From: Intoshia linei
Lineage: Eukaryota; Animalia; Orthonectida
Direction of reading: 5' to 3'
NCBI GenBank assembly: GCA_001642005.1
Contig: LWCA01000005.1
Location: 48,588-112,587, forward strand
DNA length: 64,000 nucleotides
The position numbers and the translations under genes are program-made. The notes below the pieces were generated by a model. The model had not been told where the DNA came from and searched no databases. It saw nothing but the letters and a program-made list of their open reading frames with translations. Of the stretch, positions 41,383 to 64,000 are shown piece after piece (position 1 is the first letter of the stretch; every line of letters starts with the position of its first letter).

Positions 41383-44300
41383 TATTCTCGTGTTGGCTCG
41401 AAATATCGTGTTTAATGTCAAGAATATTTTTCAATGTAGCATCAACGCAAAATGTAATGATATAAGTAAATTACGTTTCAATTTAGTCAGTTCATTGATA
41501 TTTGATATTGATATAAATATATTGCTATTTAATAGATTTCCTGAAAGATAAATGCTCAAAAGACAGTTATAATTTATTTGACTATTCAAAAGCGTTTAAT
41601 CAATATATTGAATCTAAAAAGCAAGATGGATCTTATAGGAAGTTTAGGAATGTAAGCAGAATGGTTGATAAACCAAGCTTTGCAATTTGCAAGGAAAAAA
41701 ATAAAACCAAAAAGGTCAGTGTTTGGTGTAGCAACGATTATTTGGGTTTATCTAGGCATCCACGTGTTATTCATGCAGCCACGTAATTTCTACATTTATG
41801 TATTTTACATTTCGGTGTAAAAATATAACGTAAATATATTTAATGGGAAAATTATGCTTTTGTACATTGTTTCTATGTCTGAAGCAACAATTAGAAAAAA
41901 ATTAGCGAAAGTCGGCGAAATTTTTTAAAATGTGGGTAAAAATTATTAGTCTTCGAAAAATTTTCTGAGAATAATTGTTTTTATTCTTTATGAATGCAGA
42001 GTACTATGCTACATTTATTTACCTGAGAAAACCTATTGGTAAACAAAATTTCTCAAAAGACAGCTCAGGCCCAGAGCAGGGGTGCACAACCTGCTGCCGT
42101 GAGTAATCCATGTGATCATAATGCAATACATAATGTATATCATTTTAATTTGAATTGAACAGTTTAAATTAGATTTTTATTCACGAACTATTCAATTTAA
42201 GCCTAGAAACAACCACATCCAGTCATATGCAAGGGTCTCTAAGCCTAGGTCAAATGGGTTAATTTACACCCATTTTGTGCGAAAAGTGTCTTATTACAAT
42301 ATTTTGAGGTTTCTTCAAGGTTTTTTAATGACAATGGCCAAAATTTAGTAGGATTTTGAAGAGAATATTGGTACCAAATTTTTATATGGAGTGTTATTTT
42401 TTTCACCCAATTTTTAAAGATTTTGAAGATCCGATAAAATTTATTTGATCTTAAAAATGGTAAAAAAATAATATTCCCTTGAACCTAAGAACCTTGAAGA
42501 AAGTTCAAAAATATTGTCAAAAAATAAATATTATGATTAATTAACAAAATTTATGAATCTGTCCCTTTAACAATACATCGCTGAGCGATGATCGCTCAAC
42601 TGAACGTTCTTCATTTATAATTTCCATTTAATTTTTTAACGAGAAATTTATCTATCCATTGTATTATATTTTTAAACTTCAAAGTACCCATTTAAATGAA
42701 ATTAATACTTTTTATAGTGTTTTTTATTTTATTTTCATTTTTAAGAATAATAACAAAAATGTCGATAATTTTTGATAAAGAATGATTTGATTACTGTAAA
42801 TTAGAAACATAAAAGTTAAGTTTTCAATTGTGTATACAATTTATTTAATGTACTGTAAGTTTTACTTTCGTGAGTAGACTAATTAATTAATATTATGTTA
42901 AACTGCAAAGTTGTACAATTCTTTGACTAGAATTTAAGTGCATAAAGGGAAATGCTATTCAAAATGTGTTTCGTGACATACTCCTGAGATTTGAGGGTGT
43001 GCAGCGAAAATTATTCAAATTTGAAGTTTATTTAACTTTTGAAATTTGGTTTACATTGTACAAGTTGTGTATAACACGAAATAAATATATATGTGTAAAG
43101 GAAATTTTTTTTATAATGAACTCATCATATATAAATAACGTTAATTAGATCAGGAGGATTTCTCAACCTGTTTGTTTGAAATTTTAATATGGCGCTTTAA
43201 ATTTGTCTTGAATAGATAAATTAGTAACTAGAAAAACATAGGCTTACATTTTTTACTTGATAATACCTTTATTTAAATTTTAAGTAGTATTGTTTGGTTG
43301 TGTTTGCTATCACATACATTTATTAAAATTTATTTACTTTAACTCAAAACATTCTAATTGTAGTAATTTAGACAATTCAACTACTCAATAAATACTAATT
43401 ATTAGACAGTTGTATGTTGATATATGCTTTTTAATACCCTTGACATGAAAAGTTGTCGTCAATACTGTATTGACTCCTTCAAATATTGATTTTATTTTCT
43501 AAACAATATTTAAGCATCATTACACATTCCCGTTTGGTATCTTATCTCTGGTTCCATTAAAATATATTGTTAAGTTTTATACTCAATTATATTTTATTTT
43601 TGATATTGCCTTAAATTTTAAGTTAAAGGGTAATTTTAAGGTTTGTAAATGGAAAAATGAATGACTTGATTGTAATAATTGTTTTGTTGGGTTTTTTGAA
43701 ACTGAAATTGTTTGATGATACAACCAAATACTACATGTACCTTAAAAAACCGAATTATAGTTAATTATAGAAAAGCATTGTCAGTTTGTGGAAATGGAGC
43801 AGGAGGGACCAGAAATATTGCGGGAACCAATAATATACACACCGTTGTAGAAGATGCATTATCAAAATTACATAGAAAAGAAAATTCTTTATTATTCAAT
43901 TCGTGTTATTTAGCAAATGAGACTACTCTATCTACACTGGGAAAATTATTACCTAGTATAGTTTCTTTTATTTTAAAATTTAAATCTAATTTAAAATAGG
44001 AGAGTAATTAATTTGTCAGTATTTAATAAAAAATATTCTATATTTTCAATATAAAATTGTCAGTATAAACACTAAAATGTCAGTAATCCTAACTTATATA
44101 AAATGCGACGCGATTTTTGTTTTGTGATTGTGTTACTTTTTTGAAATAATTAGCACTCTTAGAATTTTTTAAAGACCACATTTCAATTACAGTTTTTTTC
44201 GGGGCGTATAATAACATAAATTTCAACCTCCTTCATTCCAACCTTTATTTCACATCTTAAGGGTCAAAAACCCCTGTTGTACCTTTTTTTGAAAATTAAA

Positions 44301-47300
44301 CGAGTTGGAGAATTTAAAAAAATTATATCTTCAGGGCCAAAACCACAAATTACCGTTCTTTTTTTTTTAAAAATAGCCCTAGAGTTTCAAAAAATTTACA
44401 GGTGAGTTGTATCATGTTAACACACATAAAAAATTTCAATTTGAATAAGTGACGACTTTACGGTCAAAAAAACATTTTAGTATTCATATATTTTTTTACG
44501 AACCATTTTATTAAAACAATAAATGTGAATTAATTAACAGTCCGAAAATTAAAAAAAAAGGATGATTCTGATAGAGCTTATTCCAGTTGATATAAATACA
44601 AAATTTCAATTCCAGAAATCTACGCATTCATGGCGAAAAATATTTTTTAATAAATTATCAACCAATATTTTTCAAATATTTCTATTAAAATTGAAAATGT
44701 AAATATTGATCCTACAATGTGGATTGTACGTCTACACATTTCCAGTAAAGACATATGGGTGAAAATCTATATAATTCATTCCTTCGTAATGATTTTTCAT
44801 TGCTACGCAATTTTCAAAAAATTTTGTAAACTTTAATTAATTTATGACACTACAGCAACGTAATATAAAATTAAATTTATACTAACTGAAACGTTTTTTT
44901 TTTTATTAATAATTGTTACAAATTTAACATAAAATGGTAAAAAGAAAAACTACATTAAGTAGCTAACAGTCCAAAATAATGAAGATGAGACGTCTCAATG
45001 AGTCTCAAAAAGAATATGATATCCAAAATAGATAAGACAATTGTTTTTTTAATTAATCATCATACTGTATTCATTTTGATTTACATTTAGGAAAATTTTT
45101 AGTAGACAATCTAATTTTTTTATAAAACAAGAAAAAAGGCCAAAAGTATGGACACATTTTCAACATCAATCATTTTTATATTACAATCCTTTGCAATAAT
45201 GGTAAATTTTGACTGAAATATTTTCAACGTGAATTTATTTTTTTGGTATAATAAAAGAGTGCCCTCGGCAGAGCTAGGTCCTGTTTGTACGTAGTACATA
45301 ACAATCAACCTAGTAAAATATATTTTGTCAGTTTTTAATTGCTTTCTTGTCAGTACATAATTGCATTTTTGTTAGTAAATATATTAACTAGATCAGTATT
45401 TATCGAAAATTGTAAGTAACTCAACAAAAAAGTATATTTTATAAAATAATATTTGGTCAGTAAAAAAATTAAATTGTAAGTTTGATGATTTTGAAGTGTT
45501 AGTATAAAAATTAAAAATCTAGTTTTTGAAATAATATATCATCCACTACAGACACAGGTTAAAACTGAAATATTAAGATAGCATATTATACCTACAAACC
45601 ATATTACAAAAAAATTAGAAATATTCTATGGTGAACACCATAGAATATTTTTTTATGAAAACAAATTATTTCCATATATTTTACAAAAGCATTTTATCCA
45701 GAACATTCAATTTAAATACTGACAATCCATTATATCAACTGACAATTCAATGTTTCTACTGACAAACCATCTATAATATTGACAAATTGATAAGAAAAAT
45801 ACACGCCATTTAATATGTATTAGTACATGTATAGTTGAAGATAATTTTAGATTGCGTTATATTATCGGATAAAAAAAACCATGCATCTATGATTGAAGGC
45901 ATTTCTCATTCTCGTTGTAAAAAAATTATATTTCGACACAATGACACCAAACACTTGGAACAATTATTAAAAGATTTACCAAGTCATATTCCAAAAATAG
46001 TTGCATTTGAATCTATTTATTCCATGGATGGTAATTCGTTTACATTTCAAGCCATAGATCACTGACCTAGTTATTTTTTGTAAATATTGTATATCAGCGA
46101 CTACAAATGGAGTTCGTAAAATATCTGATACATGGTTCTAAGTTTTTTACCTTTAACCCAGTGTTTCATAACCTTTTTTGTGTTGGTCCCACTTCAAAAA
46201 ATGACACAACGGTATTTTAAGCTGATATAGAAGTTCCATCAAACCACTAAATAAAAAATCCGAATTTACAAACCCTTAATGAAAAAATCCCTTTTTCCAT
46301 TATTTTTTGGAAAATTACGATTTTACCAAATCTTATGAGAAAAACCTATTATTCCAACTCCAATATTACCAACGCTCAAGGGAAATGTCCTCTTTTTTCA
46401 ATATTATTTTGAAAAATCCTTTTTTGCGGATTTTTTTGAAAAACACTATTTTACTAAATCCTATAATGATAAATCTTTAATTTTTTATATCAATGTTTTA
46501 TATTTCCCTTGCGGTCAAAAAAAATAAATATTTTGAATGTCCGTACACTATCTGAACCCGGAACCACTACATAAAAATACTGAAAATATTGATTTTCATT
46601 ACATATGATTAATAATCAACCACTAATATCATCATTTATTAAGAAGAATATAAAATGTTTTACGTGTAGTGAAGTTTTTAATTGTAACCGAAAAAGTTTT
46701 AGTATAATCCTTATATATATAATAGTCATTTTATATTAAAATTTAACGCAATTTTTGTACTTATGAAAAATTTATTCCGTTAATCAGTTATTTCTTTCTG
46801 TTAAATAGCAATTAGTCTGTACTATCATTACATTTTTAGCATACGATAAATTTTTCATAAAACCAGTGGTACTGCGCCCGTGAGTAATATAGTTTTTGAT
46901 AATATAAAGTCTACCCGCTGTTTTCTGAAATTTCTGATTACATATTTTTATATCAGTCCAACAGATATAGTATATTATAATTTGATTATGCAGTTATTTT
47001 TATAATAGTTTTTTAATTTTCTTGACCCTTTCCATCACTGGTATATTTCTTATAATGGATTTATCTGTGTTCATGGTAAAAATTCGTATAATTTGATTGG
47101 TTTTAAATCAATATAAAAAAATATTAATTGCTCAAGGTTAAATTTAGGGAACATAAGTGAACTTGAAGAAATTGTAAAAATTTCAAAGAAATATGGGGCA
47201 ATTACCTTTTGCGACGAAGTTCACGCCATAGGATTGTACGGTCAGTATGGATCCGGTATAGCTGCAATGAAAGGATTATCTAATCAAGTAGACATTATAT

Positions 47301-47950
47301 CCGGTACTCTAGGGAAAAGTATTGGAGCAATAGGTGGTTACATTTGCGGTACCAAAGAATTGGTTGATTTTATAAGATCTTTTGGAAAAGGTTTTATATT
47401 TACCACGTCACTTCCTCCAGCAGTTTTGCATGGGGCTTTAGAATCAATAAAGGCAACTATTTTATGTTTATAATACAATAATATTTAGATAATATCTAGC
47501 AATGAAGGTCGATTAATGCGACAAAGATTAAAAATAAATGTAAAATATTTTAAATTATGCATGTTGAAGATAGGAATACCTATGCACGACAATCATTCTC
47601 ATATAATAAAGATAAAAGTCGGCGATCCAAAATTATGTGAATCTATCGCCAACATTTTGCTTTCTGAATACAATATTTATGTTCAACCTATAAATTACCC
47701 CACAGTAATGCGAGGAGACGAAATGCTAAGAATTGTACCAACATGCTACCATACCAAGGAAATGATAATCAATTTCACACAATGTCTAAAGAAAATATGG
47801 GAAGAACGACTAGGACATACAGTCCCAATTTATTGTACCGAAAAGAAAGTTTGCACTAGATGTAAACACAATGAATTGGAAAATTTAATTTCCATTATAA
47901 ATTGTCCTTTCAGAAACACGAATCTACATTATCAACAATTAAAACTTTAA
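41383..47950 (+). CDS. ALAS: 5-aminolevulinate synthase; start exon uncertain
   Basis: Exons 41536-41782, ~43771-43954, ~45851-46030, ~47148-47452 and ~47490-47950. Motifs: VWCSNDYLG, GAGGTRNIAG, LLFNSCYLAN, NHASMIEG, AFESIYSMDG, DEVHAIG, PLP lysine SGTLGK and INYPTV. Confidence 0.96.
44000..45810. mobile_element. Foldback-like MITE with TGTCAGTA subterminal repeats, interrupted by a Helitron
   Basis: Repeated TTGTCAGTA at 44013-44085 and 45325-45460, with inverted TACTGACAA repeats at 45717-45790. Confidence 0.55.
44087..45313 (+). mobile_element. Non-autonomous Helitron in ALAS intron
   Basis: 5' end A|TCCTAACTTATATAAAATGCGA; 3' hairpin CCTCGGCAGAGCTAGG and terminus CTAG|T. The same 3' terminus is at 33922-33925 and 37479-37482. 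It splits the host repeat without a TSD. Confidence 0.75.
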
Positions 47951-48866
47951 TATTGGGTGATATTTACAACAATATGCAAAAAATTATCTGCATAGGAGGT
48001 GTGTTTCGAGAACCATAATAATGGGTAGTTCAAATTTGGTTCTACTCCGTGGATTAGTATTTTAAAATTCGAATTCGTATATACACTGTTTTCAAAAAAA
48101 ATATTTAGTAAATCGAGTAAACTGATTAATTTCCCATCAGTATCTGATTTTGAAGATACCCGCTTTTGTAGTACGATGAGTGGTTTAAATTCTTGAACAA
48201 CGTAAATCCTAAACGGAACATTTCTATAATTTTCTGGATTCATTAATTTTTTATTAATTTCCCAATAATTTTTGAGTGATTCTATAAACGTGTAAATAAA
48301 GTACCAATGTATAAGTACCGTCTTTAAGGTTATTCCATAATTGATTAACTTCGTTTTTTAATAAAGAAGAGATTACAGAAGAATTGTGCCTAATGTTGTC
48401 ACTTTGTTTCAAAGAAGAGATGAAAAAAATTTTCATTGCTTCAATTTTCCCGATTCTTAATATTTGCGGCGGAACATTCTGCAAAGATGTTAAAAATTGA
48501 ATAAAGAATTATTACTTTACAACATATATCAATGACCCAGGGATAACATTTTTTTGTGGTTTGAAATGAGTGGATATCGAAAATAACTCCAATCGGATAC
48601 TGCCATCGAATTGGGCAATCCCCACTTTTCAGCCAAATGTTTTCAGTGTCCATGTTATTCTTGGTGAAATCATCGTTAAAGTGATTTATAATTTTATCGA
48701 GTAAAATCGGAAAGTAAGATATTCGAGATACAAGCAACTAAAATAATTATAAAGGCTAAATACAAGTTACCAGTAATTTAGAACATTTTTTGTCTGATTT
48801 GTTTTCCAATTGAAATATCACAGGTATTTTTCCCTGCCAACACGCCTGTATGGCGGAGCCATCCAT
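47947..48866 (-). CDS. ATG5: Autophagy protein 5
   Basis: Four exons from ATG 48866: CWQGKIPVIFQL, RISYFP, PIRWQYPIGVIFD, conjugation lysine in SSLKQSD, QLW, VPFRIY, IHGVEP and SYADNFLHI. Confidence 0.95.
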
Positions 48867-49074
48867 TTATATCAACTTGAAAATATAATTATTGTGCAAA
48901 TTTGTAAATTATTCACAAAAAAACGAACGTTAAAGTTCAAAGTTGTTTTTAGTTATATGCCAACTAAAATTTATTTGGATAATTACAATTTTATTGCAAT
49001 GGAGATTCTGCATTCAAATCATAGATATATTTCAGTGTTACTATGACAAAGTTTTAATTTTAAATGAAGTAAAT

Positions 49075-59851
<10,777 letters not shown>

Positions 59852-60586
59852 TTTCAACTTAAATTAATTAACTTGTATTCTTAATCTGTAATAAATATGC
59901 ATTTGATTATTTTCTTAATTATTGGTAAATTATAATCAATATTTTTTTAATTTTGTTCTCATTATAAAATCACATATATCCACAATAGTGGAATATATTG
60001 GATTTTTATCACCGAGCAACTTCTTTGTAATTGATAAATCCATCAGCTCAACAATGCATTGAAACCATTGACACATTTCAATGTGTACATGAAAATATTC
60101 CGATACATCTTGGAAAACTTTTATTTTCAATTGACACATTTATAGTATTTAGATGGTGGGATGCAATTATATTGACCATTTACTAAGAAAGTAGAGCAAT
60201 GATTTTCAGTCGAAATCGATATTATTTAGTACCACATTAGATATAATTAATATATAATTTATTTTAATTGAAATAATCAATATATATTCAAGTTTTATGA
60301 AAAGGGAGTAAATTGAAACATTTCGAATTAACCTGACAATAGGCTTGTAGTACTAGTCAGATTCAGTATACTCTGTGGATTCTCCTATTTTAGATATTTA
60401 TCATTCACATTCTCATAAAATACATAATTAGCAACATTTTTAATATTCAAACTTTGTAGTCTTATCATATATGCTGTTGCTATTGATAAAAATTGAGCGT
60501 TTAATTTTTTTCATAAATTATAGAAAACTGGTTTCATAACTTTAATATTTGGAAATAATGTTCAGTAACTAAAAGTTATTTTGCTA

Positions 60587-63480
60587 ATGAAAAAACTGCG
60601 TCGTGCCATTGAACTTATTAAAACGAATACTAACCAATCAGATAGCAATGTAGCTGCTAAACAGGACAAAAATACCAATGTAAACTTTGGCATGTTTGCC
60701 TTTTCTGAGGTATGAATAGTACATTTTAAATTTCAGTCTTTTCTGTATAAACGAGACAAAAAATTAATTTATTATTATTATTTTTATATTAACAAATAGT
60801 TTTTAGCTTACTAGTTATGGAATACCTCATAATCCTACCAAATTAGCTTATGATCCAGTTCAGCATTTACTAGCTGTCGGAAATATGACTGGTCAAATTA
60901 AAATGTAACTTACAATTCATTAATATGCTGATAGTTGTGTTTAATTTTAAAGTCACCTTTTAATATTAATATTATTTGGCCTAAGATGCTTGAAATTATC
61001 TATCTTAAATTCGTAAATATTTAGACAGTTAACGGCGTAATTCATTAATGAATTTATTTTAAATTTTAATTTTTTTACAATTAAAATATTAAATTTTGTT
61101 CAAGTTATTATTGATAATTCAATATACATTTTGACATTTTTCATTCTACTTTATTAAAATAACAATTTAATCAATTTATTGGGTTTATTCATGAGTAATT
61201 AATATAATTTAAAATGTTAATCATTAAATAACTACATGCTATCGCTTCATTAATGAATTTCATTTTATGATGAATGGTTTAACATGACTAAAGTATTTTT
61301 TTATGTTTATTTGAGTTTAAAAAAATTAAAAAACAAATTATTATTGATCTGAAATGTTTAAAGTTTGCAAGTAATGAAAAAATAATTACATTTATCCATT
61401 TTTCAATATTTTCTACAATAAAATTCAAAAATTGATTATGGGTAAGCATTGGAATCAGATATATTTACTTTTGTGGTATTTTAATATATATTTGTCAATT
61501 TATTCAATATCAATAATACAAGTCAATAAACACGAAAACTAAAAATACTAATATCATTTTTTTAATAATATTAATGTTAATAATAATTATTAAGGGCTAT
61601 GCTTCCCTTGAAGCAAGCTCTTTAAAAGTTTGAAATTCAAAATGCGATACCCTTGTGAAAATTATTTAATTAATTATATATTTACTATATTTCTAATGAC
61701 CTGGTGCGATGGAGATTTCCTAATTAAAAAAAATCTATCACTAAATTTTAATTTTATTTTTTTTTGAAAATCAAACAAGTTCGAGAATTTAAAAAAATAT
61801 ACACTCTAATACGGATTTTAAAATCATAAATATTATTATAAATTTTAATATAAAAAAAATATATCTTCAGGGCCAAAACCACAAATTACCTTTTTTTTAA
61901 ATGAAAACAAATGTGAAAATGAATGAAAAAATTTTAATTAGCTAATTAATATGGATAATATTGGTGCCATCCTGCATGAAATTTAAAACTATTTAACATA
62001 TAAAAAATTAACTTTATTAACTTTTTCTTGCCCTAATTATAATTTATCAATTTTATACATTTTTATATGAATATTTTAGAATGGGACGATCAAATCTTCA
62101 TGTATATGCTATTCACCCTTCTCATAAACCTATTACACACATTCAATTTATAATAAATGCCGTAAATGTATAGAATACTATTTTATAATTTTTGAGTAGG
62201 GATATTTAATTGCTGTAGTAGACCATGTAAACTTAATTTTATGGCAATTTGATCAAGAGATGATTTTACGACAGTCCATTGCTTCTAAAAATTGGTATTT
62301 ACGTTTGATTAATAAATTTAATAAAATTTTGTAGTATATCTACCTTGTATATACCCTTTAAATCAAAGTGGGGGTTTTATGGTACAATTATTGGAAACAT
62401 TCATATTTTTAACCAAACTGATTTCACAGCATCACGATATATTATTTATTGGAACAAACTCATCGATGTGTATGTTTAATTGAACTCTACAGTGTAAATT
62501 GCAATGTAACTACATATTTTAGATATGAAAAAAATCACCCTGGATCTATTATTCATATCAGTCATATTCCTACATGTACAGACAGGGTAACATATATTCA
62601 ATTATAAATATATTATGTTTTTAATGATATAATCTTTTTTAGATATAAAATTTTTGTAAATAATTTTGTATACAATGCAATAATTATTGCATATATATAA
62701 TAATTATAATTTATAATATATAACTACAATTTTAGATACTTATTGGTTGTTCCTTGGGATTGATTGTAGTTTGGGATTTGGTCAATGCGAATGTAATAAA
62801 AAGGTTCAACTGTATAAAAGTAATTTTTCCAATTGTATAATGTCAAGTACTATGTATAAAATTTCAGTTTATATCAAATTTATTCACAATCATTTTTATT
62901 GAATTGGGGAATTTAAAGAATTTTAATAAAAATTTAAAAAACTAAGTAGTGAAAAAACATTTTATAAAGTTGGTTCTAAAACAATTATTTTTTTGAAAAA
63001 AATTAACCTAAAACCCACATTTTATGAATATAGTGAAAATCTATACCTGTAAAGTAGATACTTAAATTTCAATTATTTTTTAAACAGTCAATCAATTACA
63101 TTTCGTGGGACGTCTACGGTAAAAATTTTGTATGTTCATGCAAAGATGGTGGACTCATAACATGGTCATTAAAAAATGAACAAAAATCAACATCTCACAT
63201 TTATCCAAAACCAAATAACGATGAAACTTTTAATGATATATCCAGAGTAGAATGGCATCTATTGGACAAGTAAATATTTTGATAATTTCAAATTGTGTCT
63301 AGTTTTTATTTTAACGTAGAACTCCAACAATGATTTTTTGTCAATCTTTCAGGTGTAAATATGAATTTAATTCCACGTATATGGGAATTTTACAGAATGG
63401 AAACGAAAACGCATCTATAGATGTTTTTGGAGATGTTGTTGACTTTGTAGTTTTATCAGATCAACCATCATCTACTGCCG
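60587..63480 (+). CDS. STXBP5: Tomosyn / syntaxin-binding protein 5, WD40 N-terminal part; continues beyond the window
   Basis: Not in the ORF track because all exons are short. Spliced: YGIPHNPTKLAYDPVQHLLAVG, HIQFIINAG, IPFKSKW, GNIHIFN, YIIYWNKLID, HPGSIIHIS, GLIVVWDL and FVCSCKDGGLITW. Confidence 0.9.
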
Positions 63481-64000
63481 GTAATTAATGTATATTGTAC
63501 AACTGTTGATTATTTGCTAATGTGTTCATAAAATGAAATTTTTAAATCATCAAAAATTTCAAAAATCAAAATTTGCATCTTACCAGTCAAAACGACACAT
63601 TTAGAAAAAATAAAATTATAAAAACCTATTTTGTCATTTTCAACGTGATGATAAATATTCAGTACCAATTTAATAAATACTTAAAATTACCAATTATGTA
63701 TCAATAATTAACCTTATCTTCACTTTATAAATATATTTCAGTCGAATTTTAACAAAATTGCAAAGGATTGTAATAAATATAAAAATAATATTAACAAATT
63801 GTTTTAGTTTTGTTGTTGTAGTTTTAATTTAAATTTTAAACAAAATGATTTGAAAATGAGAATTTGAGATTGAAAAATTGCGAAGGAATGAATTGTATAG
63901 ATTTTCACCCACATTTCTTTATTGGAAATGTGTAGACGTCCAAGGTACATTTTTTTTGAAATTGTAGGATCAATATTTACATTTTCAATTTTTGATTTTA

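Overview
This is eukaryotic (animal) nuclear DNA, not prokaryotic. It is very AT-rich, with divergent but recognisable metazoan genes. Introns are bimodal: tiny ones of about 36-60 nt (GT-AG) and kilobase ones filled with DNA-transposon debris. This architecture resembles a compacted parasitic invertebrate genome such as the orthonectid Intoshia linei (inference, not verified). Hand-spliced genes in order: AGBL4/CCP6 (-, 3' end probably outside the window), TTC7 (+), VKORC1-like (-), UBE2U-like E2 (+), CLP1 (-), a neuronal calcium sensor (-), an ankyrin-TRP channel (-), PSMC4/Rpt3 (-), an orphan single-pass membrane ORF (-), ALAS (+), ATG5 (-), BTBD10/KCTD20 (+) and STXBP5/tomosyn (+, runs off the window). 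Introns carry hAT MITEs with perfect 8-bp TSDs, Tc3-like and pogo/Tigger elements, non-autonomous Helitrons and a Ginger-like MITE. The most interesting signal is missed by the ORF track: a ~580-bp decayed copy of the 5' part of a nodavirus-like RNA1 (protein A capping domain) at ~55293-55870. It is internally deleted like a defective-interfering genome, lies antisense in a BTBD10 intron and is fused to pogo transposon DNA. Also notable: two adjacent apparent pseudo-enzymes (UBE2U lacking its catalytic Cys; CLP1 lacking clasp and lid residues), and gene pairs packed so tightly that stop codons overlap. All family calls come from motif recognition from memory; no database search was run.
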